64,000 bases of DNA, taken from the NCBI RefSeq assembly GCF_041886205.1, contig NZ_CP169029.1, one strand, 5' to 3'. A program made the translations under genes and the position numbers. The notes below the pieces were generated by a model that made no database searches, had not been told where the DNA came from, and was given only the letters and a program-made list of their open reading frames with translations. This DNA is from Escherichia coli (GTDB taxonomy: Bacteria > Pseudomonadota > Gammaproteobacteria > Enterobacterales > Enterobacteriaceae). Below, piece by piece: positions 26,006 through 38,629 of the stretch. Position 1 is the first letter of the stretch, and the number at the start of each line of letters is the position of its first letter.

Positions 26006-26014
26006 GGTAATAAC

Positions 26015-27607
26015 TTACTCGATCCCTTTACTACGCAGGTAATCTTCGTAATTACCGCTAAAGTCGATCACGCGTTCCGGGGTGATTTCCAGAATACGGG
26101 TCGCCAGGGAGCTTACAAACTCACGGTCGTGAGAAACAAAGATCAGCGTGCCCTGATACAGCTCCAGCGCCATGTTCAGCGACTCGATGGATTCCATATC
26201 CAGATGGTTGGTCGGTTCGTCCATGATCAGAATGTTTGGCTTCTGCATCATTAACTTACCAAAAAGCATCCGCCCTTTTTCCCCACCGGAAAGCACTTTA
26301 GCTGGCTTTTTGATGTCGTCCTGGCTGAACAGCAAACGACCGAGAATGCTGCGTACCGCCTGCTCGTCATCGCCTTCCTGCTTCCACTGACTCATCCATT
26401 CGAACACGGTCAGATCATTTTCGAACTCATATTCGTGGTCCTGAGCGTAGTAACCAATGCGCGCATTTTCAGACCATTTTACGGTGCCGCTCTCCGGTTG
26501 CAGATCGCCCACCAGCGTTTTCAGCAGCGTTGATTTACCGACGCCGTTGGTACCCAGTACCGCCAGTTTTTCACCCACTTCCAGCAGCAGGTTGAGATTT
26601 TTAAACAGTGGACCGTTATCAAACCCTTTGGTCAGACCTTCCACTTCCAGCGCGTTACGGAACAGTTTCTTATCCTGCTCGAAACGGATGAACGGGTTCT
26701 GACGGCTGGAGGCTTTCACCTCTTCCAGTTTGATTTTATCAATCTGGCGCGCGCGCGAAGTTGCCTGGCGAGATTTCGAGGCGTTGGCGCTAAAGCGGCT
26801 AACGAAAGATTGCAACTCAGCAATCTGCGCTTTCTTCTTGGCGTTATCGGCCAGCAGACGTTCACGCGCCTGGGTCGCCGCCGTCATGTACTCATCGTAG
26901 TTACCCGGATAAACGCGCAGCTCGCCGTAATCCAGATCCGCCATGTGGGTACAGACCATGTTAAGGAAGTGACGGTCGTGCGAGATGATGATCATGGTGC
27001 TGTCACGCTCGTTCAGCACCTGTTCCAGCCAGCGAATGGTGTCGATGTCGAGGTTGTTGGTCGGTTCGTCGAGCAGGAGAATATCCGGATCAGCAAACAG
27101 CGCCTGCGCCAGAAGCACACGCAGCTTCCAGCCAGGAGCAACTTCACTCATCGGGCCGTAGTGCTGTTCCACTGGAATTCCCACGCCAAGCAACAGTTCA
27201 CCGGCGCGAGCTTCCGCAGAGTAACCGTCCATTTCGCCGTATTTAACTTCCAGATCGGCCACTTTATAGCCGTCTTCTTCACTCATTTCCGGCAAAGCAT
27301 AGATGCGGTCGCGCTCCTGCTTCACTTCCCACAACTCTTTATGCCCCATGATCACCGTATCCAGCACAGTGAACTCTTCAAAGGCAAACTGATCCTGACG
27401 CAGTTTACCAATGCGCTCGTTGGGATCGAGGGAAACGTTACCCAGCGTCGGCTCAAGGTCGCCGCCGAGGATCTTCATAAAGGTGGATTTACCACTACCG
27501 TTCGCGCCAATCAGGCCGTAACGGTTGCCGCCGCCAAATTTGACGGAAATGTTTTCAAACAACGGCTTACTGCCGAACTGCATGGTGACGTTACTGGAAA
27601 CTAACAC
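26015..27607 (-). CDS. ybiT: ABC-F family ATPase YbiT
   Basis: Two ABC cassettes with Walker A ([18 protein letters not shown]) and no transmembrane domain; 530 aa. Confidence 0.9.
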   Translation of the reverse strand: MLVSSNVTMQFGSKPLFENISVKFGGGNRYGLIGANGSGKSTFMKILGGDLEPTLGNVSLDPNERIGKLRQDQFAFEEFTVLDTVIMGHKELWEVKQERDRIYALPEMSEEDGYKVADLEVKYGEMDGYSAEARAGELLLGVGIPVEQHYGPMSEVAPGWKLRVLLAQALFADPDILLLDEPTNNLDIDTIRWLEQVLNERDSTMIIISHDRHFLNMVCTHMADLDYGELRVYPGNYDEYMTAATQARERLLADNAKKKAQIAELQSFVSRFSANASKSRQATSRARQIDKIKLEEVKASSRQNPFIRFEQDKKLFRNALEVEGLTKGFDNGPLFKNLNLLLEVGEKLAVLGTNGVGKSTLLKTLVGDLQPESGTVKWSENARIGYYAQDHEYEFENDLTVFEWMSQWKQEGDDEQAVRSILGRLLFSQDDIKKPAKVLSGGEKGRMLFGKLMMQKPNILIMDEPTNHLDMESIESLNMALELYQGTLIFVSHDREFVSSLATRILEITPERVIDFSGNYEDYLRSKGIE

Positions 27608-27825
27608 AGGCGTATCCTGAAAAGAGATATGACAAACCGCGCATTATGCCATAAGTCTGAAAGAAGATCCTGCTCCTCGCTTAAGGTCTACACTCAAGCC
27701 AAAGGCAAAAAATGTGATTTCGTACACATCTGATTTCACTGTGAGCTGGAATGAACTTATAATGCGCTTCCAATACTCTAATATTCTCAACCCAATGGCC
27801 TGCCAGGCACAAAATCTCGCTTAAC

Positions 27826-28746
27826 ATGAATATGAAATTGAAAACATTATTCGCAGCGGCCTTCGCTGTTGTCGGCTTTTGCAGTACCGCCTCTGCGGTA
27901 ACTTATCCTCTGCCAACCGACGGGAGTCGCTTGGTTGGTCAGAATCAGGTGATCACCATTCCTGAAGGTAACACTCAGCCGCTGGAGTATTTTGCCGCCG
28001 AGTACCAGATGGGGCTTTCCAATATGATGGAAGCGAACCCGGGTGTGGATACCTTCCTGCCGAAAGGCGGTACTGTACTGAACATTCCGCAGCAGCTGAT
28101 CCTGCCGGATACCGTTCATGAAGGCATCGTCATTAACAGTGCTGAGATGCGTCTTTATTACTATCCGAAAGGGACCAACACCGTTATCGTGCTGCCGATC
28201 GGCATTGGTCAGTTAGGCAAAGATACGCCTATCAACTGGACCACCAAAGTTGAGCGTAAAAAAGCAGGCCCGACCTGGACGCCGACCGCCAAAATGCACG
28301 CAGAGTACCGCGCTGCGGGCGAACCGCTTCCGGCTGTCGTTCCGGCAGGTCCGGATAACCCGATGGGGCTGTATGCACTCTATATCGGTCGCCTGTATGC
28401 TATCCATGGCACCAACGCCAACTTCGGTATCGGCCTGCGTGTAAGTCATGGTTGTGTGCGTCTGCGTAACGAAGACATCAAATTCCTGTTCGAGAAAGTA
28501 CCGGTCGGTACCCGCGTACAGTTTATTGATGAGCCGGTAAAAGCGACCACCGAGCCAGACGGCAGCCGTTATATTGAAGTCCATAACCCGCTGTCTACCA
28601 CCGAAGCCCAGTTTGAAGGTCAGGAAATTGTGCCAATTACCCTGACGAAGAGCGTGCAAACAGTGACCGGTCAGCCAGATGTTGACCAGGTTGTTCTTGA
28701 TGAAGCGATTAAAAACCGCTCCGGGATGCCGGTTCGTCTGAATTAA
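27826..28746 (+). CDS. ldtB: L,D-transpeptidase LdtB (YbiS)
   Basis: Signal peptide, LysM-like segment, YkuD catalytic motif SHGCVRL. Confidence 0.9.
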
Positions 28747-28763
28747 TCTTCAAAACTTAAAGC

Positions 28764-28792
28764 AAAAGGCGGACTCATAATCCGCCTTTTTT
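28764..28792. terminator. Bidirectional intrinsic terminator between ldtB and ybiR
   Basis: Perfect 10-bp stem aaaaggcgga/tccgcctttt with 7-nt loop; A-tract upstream, T-tract downstream. Confidence 0.75.
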
Positions 28793-28804
28793 ATTTGCCA
28801 GACC

Positions 28805-29923
28805 CTAGTTGGCCGGGAGTATAACTAACAAAACATATCCCACCAACGCCGCCCACAACAGCATCGGTATTGAATAGAGATGGAAACGCCACCAGATGCG
28901 GCGATCGTTCGCCATACGTAGCGCAATCAAATTTGCCAGCGATCCGGGTAATAACCCAAAGCCACCTACGTTTACCGCCCATACCAGTAATAAAGACGGC
29001 GGCACATAGTTCAGCAACAATATGGTACTCGGCACGTTACTGATCACCTGCGATAAACCGATTGCCGTTAACCATAACCCGGGTTCAGATAGATGACTCA
29101 CGTTACCCAACACGCCTTGCAACGCTGGAAGCTGGGTCAGTAAATGGACGTCGATAAACATCGCCATAAACACCAGCAGCAGCGTCCAGTCCACACTGAG
29201 CACCACGCGACGTGCCAGCAGCGCAAAGCCTGCCGCCACAATCACCAGTCCCCACAGCTCTTGTTTGAACTCCAGCGCCGTCAGAAAGACGATATACAGC
29301 CCCAGACAACTCCACACCAGCCGCGGTTTCCACTCCGGTGTTTGCACCCCCGTATGGTATTGCAGCGCCTTTCCAGGGAAACAACACCAGCACAGGAGCA
29401 GGAGCGTCAGCATCATTGCGCCAGCCAGCGGTGCCATTTGGGCAATAAATCCGGCAAACGAAAGACCAGAACGTCCCCAGATAAGAATATTTTGCGGGTT
29501 GCCAATTGGCGTCAGTAGCGAACCAGCGTTGACTGCCAGCGCCTCAAAAATAATCAGCCGATTAACCGGGATCTCACACAGTCTTTTTAGCGTGATAGTC
29601 AGCGGAACAACAATAAACAGCGCGACATCGTTGGTCAGAAAGGTAGAAAGCAGCGCCGCCGCCAGCACCATAAACATCGCCAGCCGACGCTCCGTAGCAA
29701 AGCGGCGCACCATTTTGCGCCCCAGCACATCAAAATAACCGCTTAACTCCACACCTTTGGTAAGCAGCATCAGGCCGCTTAAGGTGATGATGGTGTGCCA
29801 GTCGATAGCAGCAGGCCAGGATTTCGGTGCAAAGGGCACGAAAAAGCTTAATCCGATACCAACAAGAATTAATAACTGAAAAAAACGATCGCCTTGCAGC
29901 GTGCGTAAAAAAGGCAGGCTCAT
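28805..29923 (-). CDS. ybiR: Putative anion transporter YbiR (ArsB/NhaD superfamily)
   Basis: 372-aa polytopic membrane protein; overlaps the mntR stop by 4 nt. Confidence 0.85.
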
Positions 29924-30387
29924 TTGGCACCGTGTTTCTGGGTAAACAAACGAAAAGCGTCGAGCGTCTCTTCACTAACATGGTGCTCCATGCCTTCCGC
30001 GTCGCGACGGGCGATTTCCGGACTGACGCCCAACACCAACAAGAAATTTTCGACTATCTGATGTCGCTCGCGGCTTTCCTGCGCCAGCTTCTCTCCTTCT
30101 GCCGTTAAAAACACGCCACGCCAGGGGATCATTTCAATCAGCCCCATGGTTGCCAGCCGCTTAAGCATTTTAGCCACCGTCGGTTGCGAAACTCCCAGAC
30201 GAGCAGCCATGTCCACCTGACGAGCTTCCCCCACTTCCCTGATCAAGTCAGAAATCAGCTCAACGTAATCATCAATAAGCTCGCGCCGATGCGCCTCTCT
30301 GACCTGGCGGAACCCTTCAACGTGCTCTTCCACGTTCACTAACTGCGTCACTTTTTTTGCTGTTGGCGTACCTGCGCGACGACTCAT
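29920..30387 (-). CDS. mntR: Manganese-responsive repressor MntR (DtxR family)
   Basis: 155 aa; N-terminal HTH and DtxR-type metal-binding domain; synteny. Confidence 0.9.
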
Positions 30388-30572
30388 TGTGCTTCCTCAT
30401 TATGGTGACGCATACATAGCGTTCTCATTTCGTGCGCACATTGTAAACCAGAGTTGCGAAGGTACAAAAAATTAACGTTTTAGCAATAGCTATATAATAT
30501 AGCCTGTGCTATATCTGTATGTAATGCAATCATCCCTCAAGGATCGACGGGATTAGCAAGTCAGGAGGTCTT

Positions 30573-30701
30573 ATGAATGAGTTCAAGAGGTGTATGCGCG
30601 TGTTTAGTCATTCTCCCTTTAAAGTACGGTTAATGCTGCTCTCTATGTTGTGCGATATGGTCAACAACAAACCGCAGCAAGATAAACCTTCCGATAAATA
30701 G
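30573..30701 (+). CDS. mntS: Small protein MntS (formerly rybA), 42 aa
   Basis: Read directly: ATG 30573, translation MNEFKRCMRVFSHSPFKVRLMLLSMLCDMVNNKPQQDKPSDK, stop TAG 30699-30701; absent from ORF track (below length cutoff). Confidence 0.8.
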   Translation: MNEFKRCMRVFSHSPFKVRLMLLSMLCDMVNNKPQQDKPSDK

Positions 30702-30972
30702 CGGCGTCGCGGTACGCCGCTTCACTCCTGCTTTTATGCAGGCATAACGCGTTTTGGTCTGAAAAACCCCACTTTTTGTCGGATTTGCAATCCCCTTCGC
30801 AAAAGATTTGTTCGTCAGTAGTTGACCTGAACGGCGGCTCGCTCTATCTTCTTGCAGCCCTGCGTATATTGCGGCTCGCGGATGCGGACCCCTTTCCCCT
30901 CTTCACGCACTCTTGCAGGTATTGACCCTTGACGCCAGGGTAAGCACATGGCGTTTGTTACGATAGTGGCAT

Positions 30973-32556
30973 ATGAATTTAACCCTCAAAGAATCGCTTG
31001 TTACCCGTAGCCGGGTATTTAGCCCGTGGACTGCGTTCTACTTTTTACAGTCGCTATTAATTAACCTCGGCTTAGGTTACCCCTTCAGTTTGCTCTACAC
31101 CGCTGCGTTTACGGCTATTTTGCTTTTGCTATGGCGAACATTGCCTCGCGTACAAAAAGTTCTGGTCGGTGTCAGTTCGCTGGTGGCGGCTTGTTATTTC
31201 CCTTTTGCTCAGGCCTACGGCGCGCCTAATTTCAATACATTGCTGGCATTGCACTCCACCAATATGGAAGAGTCGACCGAAATCCTGACGATTTTTCCGT
31301 GGTACAGCTACCTGGTCGGCTTATTTATTTTTGCGCTCGGCGTAATAGCAATCAGGCGAAAAAAAGAGAATGAAAAAGCGCGCTGGAATACCTTCGACAG
31401 CCTGTGTCTGGTATTCAGTGTGGCGACATTTTTTGTTGCTCCCGTGCAAAACCTGGCCTGGGGTGGCGTATTTAAACTGAAAGATACTGGCTATCCGGTA
31501 TTTCGTTTTGCTAAGGATGTCATCGTCAATAATAACGAGGTGATTGAAGAGCAAGAACGGATGGCAAAACTGTCCGGAATGAAAGATACCTGGACGGTCA
31601 CTGCCGTTAAGCCGAAGTATCAGACCTATGTGGTGGTGATCGGTGAAAGCGCGCGTCGCGATGCCCTCGGTGCCTTTGGCGGTCACTGGGACAATACCCC
31701 GTTTGCCAGCAGCGTTAACGGTTTGATATTTGCTGACTACATTGCCGCCAGTGGCTCCACGCAGAAATCGCTTGGCTTAACGCTCAATCGCGTAGTCGAT
31801 GGCAAACCACAGTTTCAGGATAACTTTGTCACCCTGGCAAATCGCGCGGGCTTCCAGACCTGGTGGTTTTCCAACCAGGGCCAAATCGGCGAATACGATA
31901 CTGCTATCGCCAGCATCGCCAAACGTGCAGATGAAGTGTACTTCCTGAAAGAAGGTAATTTTGAAGCAGATAAAAACACGAAAGACGAAGCGTTACTGGA
32001 TATGACCGCTCAAGTGCTGGCGCAAGAGCACTCGCAACCGCAGCTGATTGTTCTGCATCTGATGGGCTCGCATCCGCAGGCCTGCGACCGGACACAAGGC
32101 AAATATGAAACCTTTGTGCAATCGAAAGAAACGTCGTGCTATCTCTATACTATGACGCAAACGGACGATTTACTGCGCAAGCTGTACGATCAGTTACGCA
32201 ACAGCGGCAGCAGCTTCTCGCTGGTTTACTTTTCTGACCACGGTCTGGCCTTTAAAGAGCGCGGCAAAGACGTGCAATACCTTGCCCATGATGATAAATA
32301 TCAGCAAAATTTCCAGGTGCCTTTTATGGTCATTTCCAGCGACGATAAAGCGCATCGTGTGATTAAAGCCCGCCGCTCAGCCAATGACTTCTTAGGCTTT
32401 TTCTCCCAGTGGACGGGAATTAAAGCGAAGGAAATTAACATCAAATACCCGTTTATATCTGAGAAGAAAGCCGGGCCGATATACATCACCAACTTCCAGT
32501 TACAGAAGGTGGATTACAACCATCTCGGAACCGATATTTTCGACCCGAAGCCTTAA
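30973..32556 (+). CDS. opgE: Phosphoethanolamine transferase OpgE (YbiP)
   Basis: N-terminal multi-TM domain plus C-terminal sulfatase/alkaline-phosphatase-like domain; 527 aa. Confidence 0.88.
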   Translation: MNLTLKESLVTRSRVFSPWTAFYFLQSLLINLGLGYPFSLLYTAAFTAILLLLWRTLPRVQKVLVGVSSLVAACYFPFAQAYGAPNFNTLLALHSTNMEESTEILTIFPWYSYLVGLFIFALGVIAIRRKKENEKARWNTFDSLCLVFSVATFFVAPVQNLAWGGVFKLKDTGYPVFRFAKDVIVNNNEVIEEQERMAKLSGMKDTWTVTAVKPKYQTYVVVIGESARRDALGAFGGHWDNTPFASSVNGLIFADYIAASGSTQKSLGLTLNRVVDGKPQFQDNFVTLANRAGFQTWWFSNQGQIGEYDTAIASIAKRADEVYFLKEGNFEADKNTKDEALLDMTAQVLAQEHSQPQLIVLHLMGSHPQACDRTQGKYETFVQSKETSCYLYTMTQTDDLLRKLYDQLRNSGSSFSLVYFSDHGLAFKERGKDVQYLAHDDKYQQNFQVPFMVISSDDKAHRVIKARRSANDFLGFFSQWTGIKAKEINIKYPFISEKKAGPIYITNFQLQKVDYNHLGTDIFDPKP

Positions 32557-32560
32557 AAAC

Positions 32561-32590
32561 AAAAAATCCGCCCCGAGAGGCGGATTTTTT
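32561..32590. terminator. Bidirectional intrinsic terminator between opgE and ompX
   Basis: Perfect 12-bp stem aaaaaatccgcc/ggcggatttttt with 6-nt loop, A/T tracts on both sides. Confidence 0.75.
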
Positions 32591-32605
32591 ATATCACCAA
32601 AGTGA

Positions 32606-33121
32606 TTAGAAGCGGTAACCAACACCGGCAATCCAGGTGCCTACGTCAACGCTACGAATACGGCTCTGCTCGTAAGAGAAGTCAAGAGCAACGTTTTCCA
32701 TCGGGTTGAACTGCAGACCAGCACCGTAGGAGAAACCGTAGTCGCTGGTGTCGTGTTTGTAGGTCGGGTATTCAGTGGTCTGGAATTTACCATAACCCAC
32801 ACCCACTACACCGTAGATGCTTGCCCAGTCGTTAATGCGGTAAGCCGGACCAGCAGTGATGCCGTAGTACTGGTTTTTGTTGTAGTCACCAGAGCTTGCA
32901 GTACGGCTTTTCTCGGTGTAAGTGAAAGAACCGATCACACCCAGCGGGCTGTTGTCTTCTTCATAGCGGTATTTCAGGTTGAAACCGCCCATTTTGTTCA
33001 TTTTGCCCTGAGCGTCGCTCTGTGCGTAACCGCCAGTTACGGTAGAAGTCGCAGCTACGGAAGTACCTGCGGTAAAAGCCAGAACTGCGGCCAGTGCTGA
33101 AAGACATGCAATTTTTTTCAT
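32606..33121 (-). CDS. ompX: Outer membrane protein OmpX
   Basis: Matches OmpX from MKKIACLSAL; 8-strand beta-barrel ending in aromatic C-terminus (GVGYRF). Confidence 0.92.
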   Translation of the reverse strand: MKKIACLSALAAVLAFTAGTSVAATSTVTGGYAQSDAQGKMNKMGGFNLKYRYEEDNSPLGVIGSFTYTEKSRTASSGDYNKNQYYGITAGPAYRINDWASIYGVVGVGYGKFQTTEYPTYKHDTSDYGFSYGAGLQFNPMENVALDFSYEQSRIRSVDVGTWIAGVGYRF

Positions 33122-33473
33122 AACCACCTCAAATGTGATTCAAATAAGTCCTAAGTTTTAAATATATCAAAAATTAATGGGAAACTCTTCGCGATTTGTG
33201 ATGTCTAACGGGCCATTTCATGTAACAGAACGTTTCCATACACCGCTATCCATCTAAATTTAAATCACTTTTTCATAGAACTGCGTAAGTATTACGCATG
33301 TTTTCCCTGTCATTCATCCAGATTATTCCTAATCACAAGACTAATGATTCCATCAATCCTGGCGCATTTTAGTCAAAACGGGGGAATTTTTTTTCAACAA
33401 ATGCTCAACCAGCATTGGGTATATCCAGTACACTCCACGCTTTACTTAGGTTTAGATATTTGTGGGAGAAAGG

Positions 33474-34361
33474 ATGCCTGGTTCATTACGTAAAATGCCG
33501 GTCTGGTTACCAATAGTCATATTGCTCGTTGCCATGGCGTCTATTCAGGGTGGAGCCTCGTTAGCTAAGTCACTTTTTCCTCTGGTGGGCGCACCGGGTG
33601 TCACTGCGCTGCGTCTGGCATTAGGAACGCTGATCCTCATCGCGTTCTTTAAGCCATGGCGACTGCGCTTTGCCAAAGAGCAACGGTTACCGCTGTTGTT
33701 TTACGGCGTTTCGCTGGGTGGGATGAATTATCTTTTTTATCTTTCTATTCAGACAGTACCGCTGGGTATTGCGGTGGCGCTGGAGTTCACCGGACCACTG
33801 GCGGTGGCGCTGTTCTCTTCTCGTCGCCCGGTAGATTTCGTCTGGGTTGTGCTGGCGGTTCTTGGTCTGTGGTTCCTGCTACCGCTGGGGCAAGACGTTT
33901 CCCATGTCGATTTAACCGGCTGTGCGCTGGCACTGGGGGCCGGGGCTTGTTGGGCTATTTACATATTAAGTGGGCAACGCGCAGGAGCGGAACATGGCCC
34001 TGCGACGGTGGCAATTGGTTCGTTGATTGCAGCGTTAATTTTCGTGCCAATTGGAGCGCTTCAGGCTGGTGAAGCACTCTGGCACTGGTCGGTTATTCCA
34101 TTGGGTCTGGCGGTCGCTATTCTCTCGACCGCTCTGCCTTATTCGCTGGAAATGATTGCCCTCACCCGTTTGCCAACACGGACATTTGGTACGCTGATGA
34201 GCATGGAACCGGCGCTGGCTGCCGTTTCCGGGATGATTTTCCTCGGAGAAACACTGACACCCATACAGCTGCTGGCGCTCGGCGCTATCATCGCCGCTTC
34301 AATGGGTTCTACGCTGACAGTACGCAAAGAGAGCAAAATAAAAGAATTAGACATTAATTAA
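33474..34361 (+). CDS. rhtA: Threonine/homoserine exporter RhtA (DMT family)
   Basis: Matches RhtA from MPGSLRKMPV; two EamA repeats; ATG at 33474 preferred over upstream GTG. Confidence 0.88.
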   Translation: MPGSLRKMPVWLPIVILLVAMASIQGGASLAKSLFPLVGAPGVTALRLALGTLILIAFFKPWRLRFAKEQRLPLLFYGVSLGGMNYLFYLSIQTVPLGIAVALEFTGPLAVALFSSRRPVDFVWVVLAVLGLWFLLPLGQDVSHVDLTGCALALGAGACWAIYILSGQRAGAEHGPATVAIGSLIAALIFVPIGALQAGEALWHWSVIPLGLAVAILSTALPYSLEMIALTRLPTRTFGTLMSMEPALAAVSGMIFLGETLTPIQLLALGAIIAASMGSTLTVRKESKIKELDIN

Positions 34362-34515
34362 ATTTACATTTCTGCATGGTTATGCATAACCATGCAGAAT
34401 TTCTCGCTACTTTTCCTCTACACCGTCTTTATATATCGAATTATGCAAAAGCATATTTATTCCGAAAATTCCTGGCGAGCAAATAAATAAGAATTGTTCT
34501 TATCAATATATCTAA

Positions 34516-35163
<648 letters not shown>

Positions 35164-35552
35164 ATCCATCGCTGATGGTGCAGAACTTTTAGTACCCGAT
35201 AAAAGCGGCTTCCTGACAGGAGGCCGTTTTGTTTTGCAGCCCGCCTCAACGCACTTATTTAGTGCATCCTTCTGCTATCCCCAGCTGATTAAGTAAATTT
35301 TTTGTATCCACATCATCACACAATCGTTACATAAAGATTGTTTTTTCATCAGGTTTTACGCTAAATAATCACTGTGTTGAGTGCACAATTTTAGCGCACC
35401 AGTTTGGTGCCCCAGAATGGTGCATCTTCAGGGTATTGCCCTATAAATCGTGCATCACGTTTTTGTCGCATCTAGAAAAATCAATGAGTTGCAAAACTGG
35501 CACGATTTTTTCATATATGTGAATGTCACGCAGGGGATCGTCCCGTGGATAG

Positions 35553-36314
<762 letters not shown>

Positions 36315-36375
36315 TAACGCTACGCCTGTAAGGCGCACTGGCAGTTCCCTCTCCCCTCTGGGGAGGATCTATTAA

Positions 36376-36407
36376 GTTCTGTTGATGTCAACTGATTTCA
36401 ACAGAAC
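36376..36407 (+). terminator. Stem-loop 3' of glnH (possible intra-operon attenuator; alternatively part of island attachment site)
   Basis: Perfect 10-bp stem gttctgttga/tcaacagaac with 12-nt loop. Confidence 0.4.
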
Positions 36408-36542
36408 TCTATCCTCTCCATTAAATCTCCTTTAAAATAAGGCATTATCAGAAATTACTCCTCTCTGGATGTCAACCATCCTCCATGAACATCAAGATGA
36501 TTTCGGGGGCTATTGTGGGGGCTACTTTTCGGGGTTAACATC

Positions 36543-37715
36543 ATGCCACTTACTGTTCGACAAATTGAGTCGGCTAAACCCGCTGACAAGGATTACAAAC
36601 TTTCCGACGGTCAGGGACTTTATCTTCTTGTCAAAAAATCCGGCGCCCGTTACTGGAATCTGAAGTACCGGTTTGCCGGTAAGGAAAAGAAACTGGTGAT
36701 TGGTGTCTATCCGGACATATCTCTGGCTCAGGCTCGTCAGAAACGGGATGAAGCGCGTAAACTCCTGGCTGAAGGAAAAGATCCATCATATGAGAAACAG
36801 GCGCGAAAACTTGCCATCAGGGAAAGTATGGCCTGCACATTTCGCACCATTGCAGAGGAATTACTTACCCATATGGCTCGTCGATGGACAACTGGTTACC
36901 AGGCAGACCAGCGTGCAAGACTTGAAAATCATGTTTTCCCTGCAATTGGGAATCGTCCGGTGACCGGGATCCGCCCCATGGAAATACTGAACGTCCTGAG
37001 AGTTATTGAAGAACAGGGAAAACTTGAAGCACTGCGTAAAACACGCCAGCTCTGTGCGCAGGTTTTTGATTATGCCATAGCAACAGGACGTGCAACCGTT
37101 AACCCGGCGTCAACACTCAGCGGGGTACTGCTTCCTCCTGAAAAACAACAGCGCAGGACACTTTCTGAAGAGCAGATGGGGGCTTTCATGCATCAGATGA
37201 CGGCTTCCGGAAATCTGATGTCGCTGACAACGCGAATGCTGGTTCTTACTGCTGTTCGCACCGGAGAACTGCGGCTGGCGACCTGGGATGAAATAAATTT
37301 CACGGAGGCCCTGTGGGTCATTCCGAAAGAAAGAATGAAAATGCGACGACCGCATGTTGTACCGCTTTCACGTCAGGTACTGGCGTTACTGAAGGAGATA
37401 AAAACACGCACTGAATCGCGTAATTCCGCCTTTATTATTCCCGGGGCATTCAGAAAAGATCGCCCCCGAAGCCGTAAGTGTATCAATGAATTCCTTGAAC
37501 AGTCAGGCTGGCATGCCCTGACAACAGCTCACGGATTTCGTCATACCTTCAGCACCATTCTCCATGACCATGATTTCAGCTCAGCCTGGATTGAACTCCA
37601 GCTTGCCCACGTTGATAAAAACGTCATGCGTGGCACCTATAACCACGCCCAGTATCTGGATGGTCGCCGTGAAATGATGCAGTGGTATGCTGACTACATT
37701 GATTCGCTTTCTTAG
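36543..37715 (+). CDS. P4-family tyrosine integrase
   Basis: N-terminus MPLTVRQIESAKPADKDYKLSDGQGLYLLV typical of P4-like Int; C-terminal catalytic region with HxxRH (HGFRHT) and conserved Y. Confidence 0.88.
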   Translation: MPLTVRQIESAKPADKDYKLSDGQGLYLLVKKSGARYWNLKYRFAGKEKKLVIGVYPDISLAQARQKRDEARKLLAEGKDPSYEKQARKLAIRESMACTFRTIAEELLTHMARRWTTGYQADQRARLENHVFPAIGNRPVTGIRPMEILNVLRVIEEQGKLEALRKTRQLCAQVFDYAIATGRATVNPASTLSGVLLPPEKQQRRTLSEEQMGAFMHQMTASGNLMSLTTRMLVLTAVRTGELRLATWDEINFTEALWVIPKERMKMRRPHVVPLSRQVLALLKEIKTRTESRNSAFIIPGAFRKDRPRSRKCINEFLEQSGWHALTTAHGFRHTFSTILHDHDFSSAWIELQLAHVDKNVMRGTYNHAQYLDGRREMMQWYADYIDSLS

Positions 37716-37751
37716 CAAACCTGATGAATCAGTGACATAAAAATAATGAAT

Positions 37752-37790
37752 AACCATCTGGCCCCGAAAGCCGGATGGTTTTATTTATGT
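37752..37790 (+). terminator. Intrinsic terminator after integrase
   Basis: 11-bp stem aaccatctggc/gccggatggtt (one G-U pair) followed by T-rich tract. Confidence 0.6.
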
Positions 37791-37999
37791 TTTCTTTTTT
37801 ATTTGCTCACATCTTCTGAACTTCCCCTGCAGACAATAATCTGAACACCAGATATAGAGCCACTCATGAAACAAAATAGAATTACATTGAATAATAACTT
37901 ACATTTTTTGTTACATTCATTCCATATTTGTCCCTGGTTGATTGCCAGAACTACGCCGTGATGCATGATAGGAGAATTAGATAATAAGAGAAGAAAAGT

Positions 38000-38629
38000 A
38001 TGATTCGGGTAGTGCTGGTGGATGACCATGTGGTGGTGCGCTCTGGCTTCGCACAATTACTCTCTCTGGAAGACGATCTGGAGGTCATTGGTCAGTACAG
38101 TAGTGCCGCGCAGGCATGGTCGGCATTAATCCGTGATGACGTCAATGTTGCCGTCATTGATATTGCCATGCCGGACGAAAACGGCCTCAGTTTGCTTAAG
38201 CGCCTGCGTGCACAAAAACCGCAATTTCGCGCCATTATTCTTAGCATTTATGACGCGCCAACCTTTGTGCAAAGCGCGCTGGATGCCGGTGCCAGCGGGT
38301 ATTTAACCAAACGCTGTGGGCCGGAAGAGTTAGTGCAGGCGGTGCGCTCGGTCGGGCTGGGCGGGCATTATCTCTGTGCCGATGCGATTCGGGCTTTACG
38401 CGGCGGCGGGCAACCCGCCCAGGCGCTGGAAATTCTCACCCCGCGAGAACGTGAAGTGTTTGATTTACTTGTCAAAGGAGACAGCGTTAAAGAGATCGCC
38501 TTTAAACTCGAACTCAGTCATAAAACGGTACATGTGCATCGCGCCAATGTGCTGGGAAAACTGAACTGCCATAGCACCATTGAACTGGTGCATTTTGCGC
38601 TCGACCACCATCTGCTGGCGGGGCATTAA
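38000..38629 (+). CDS. UhpA-like response regulator (NarL/FixJ family)
   Basis: Receiver domain (DDH, conserved D) plus LuxR-type HTH; clear similarity to E. coli UhpA over full length. Confidence 0.85.
   Translation: MIRVVLVDDHVVVRSGFAQLLSLEDDLEVIGQYSSAAQAWSALIRDDVNVAVIDIAMPDENGLSLLKRLRAQKPQFRAIILSIYDAPTFVQSALDAGASGYLTKRCGPEELVQAVRSVGLGGHYLCADAIRALRGGGQPAQALEILTPREREVFDLLVKGDSVKEIAFKLELSHKTVHVHRANVLGKLNCHSTIELVHFALDHHLLAGH

Noticed and set aside
26810..27604. 264-aa ORF antisense to ybiT
   Set aside because: Shadow ORF inside an ABC-F ATPase gene; no motifs.
36315..36542. tRNA gene at the island junction as integrase target
   Set aside because: No cloverleaf-compatible sequence or conserved tRNA boxes were seen in the junction; the integration target here appears to be intergenic.
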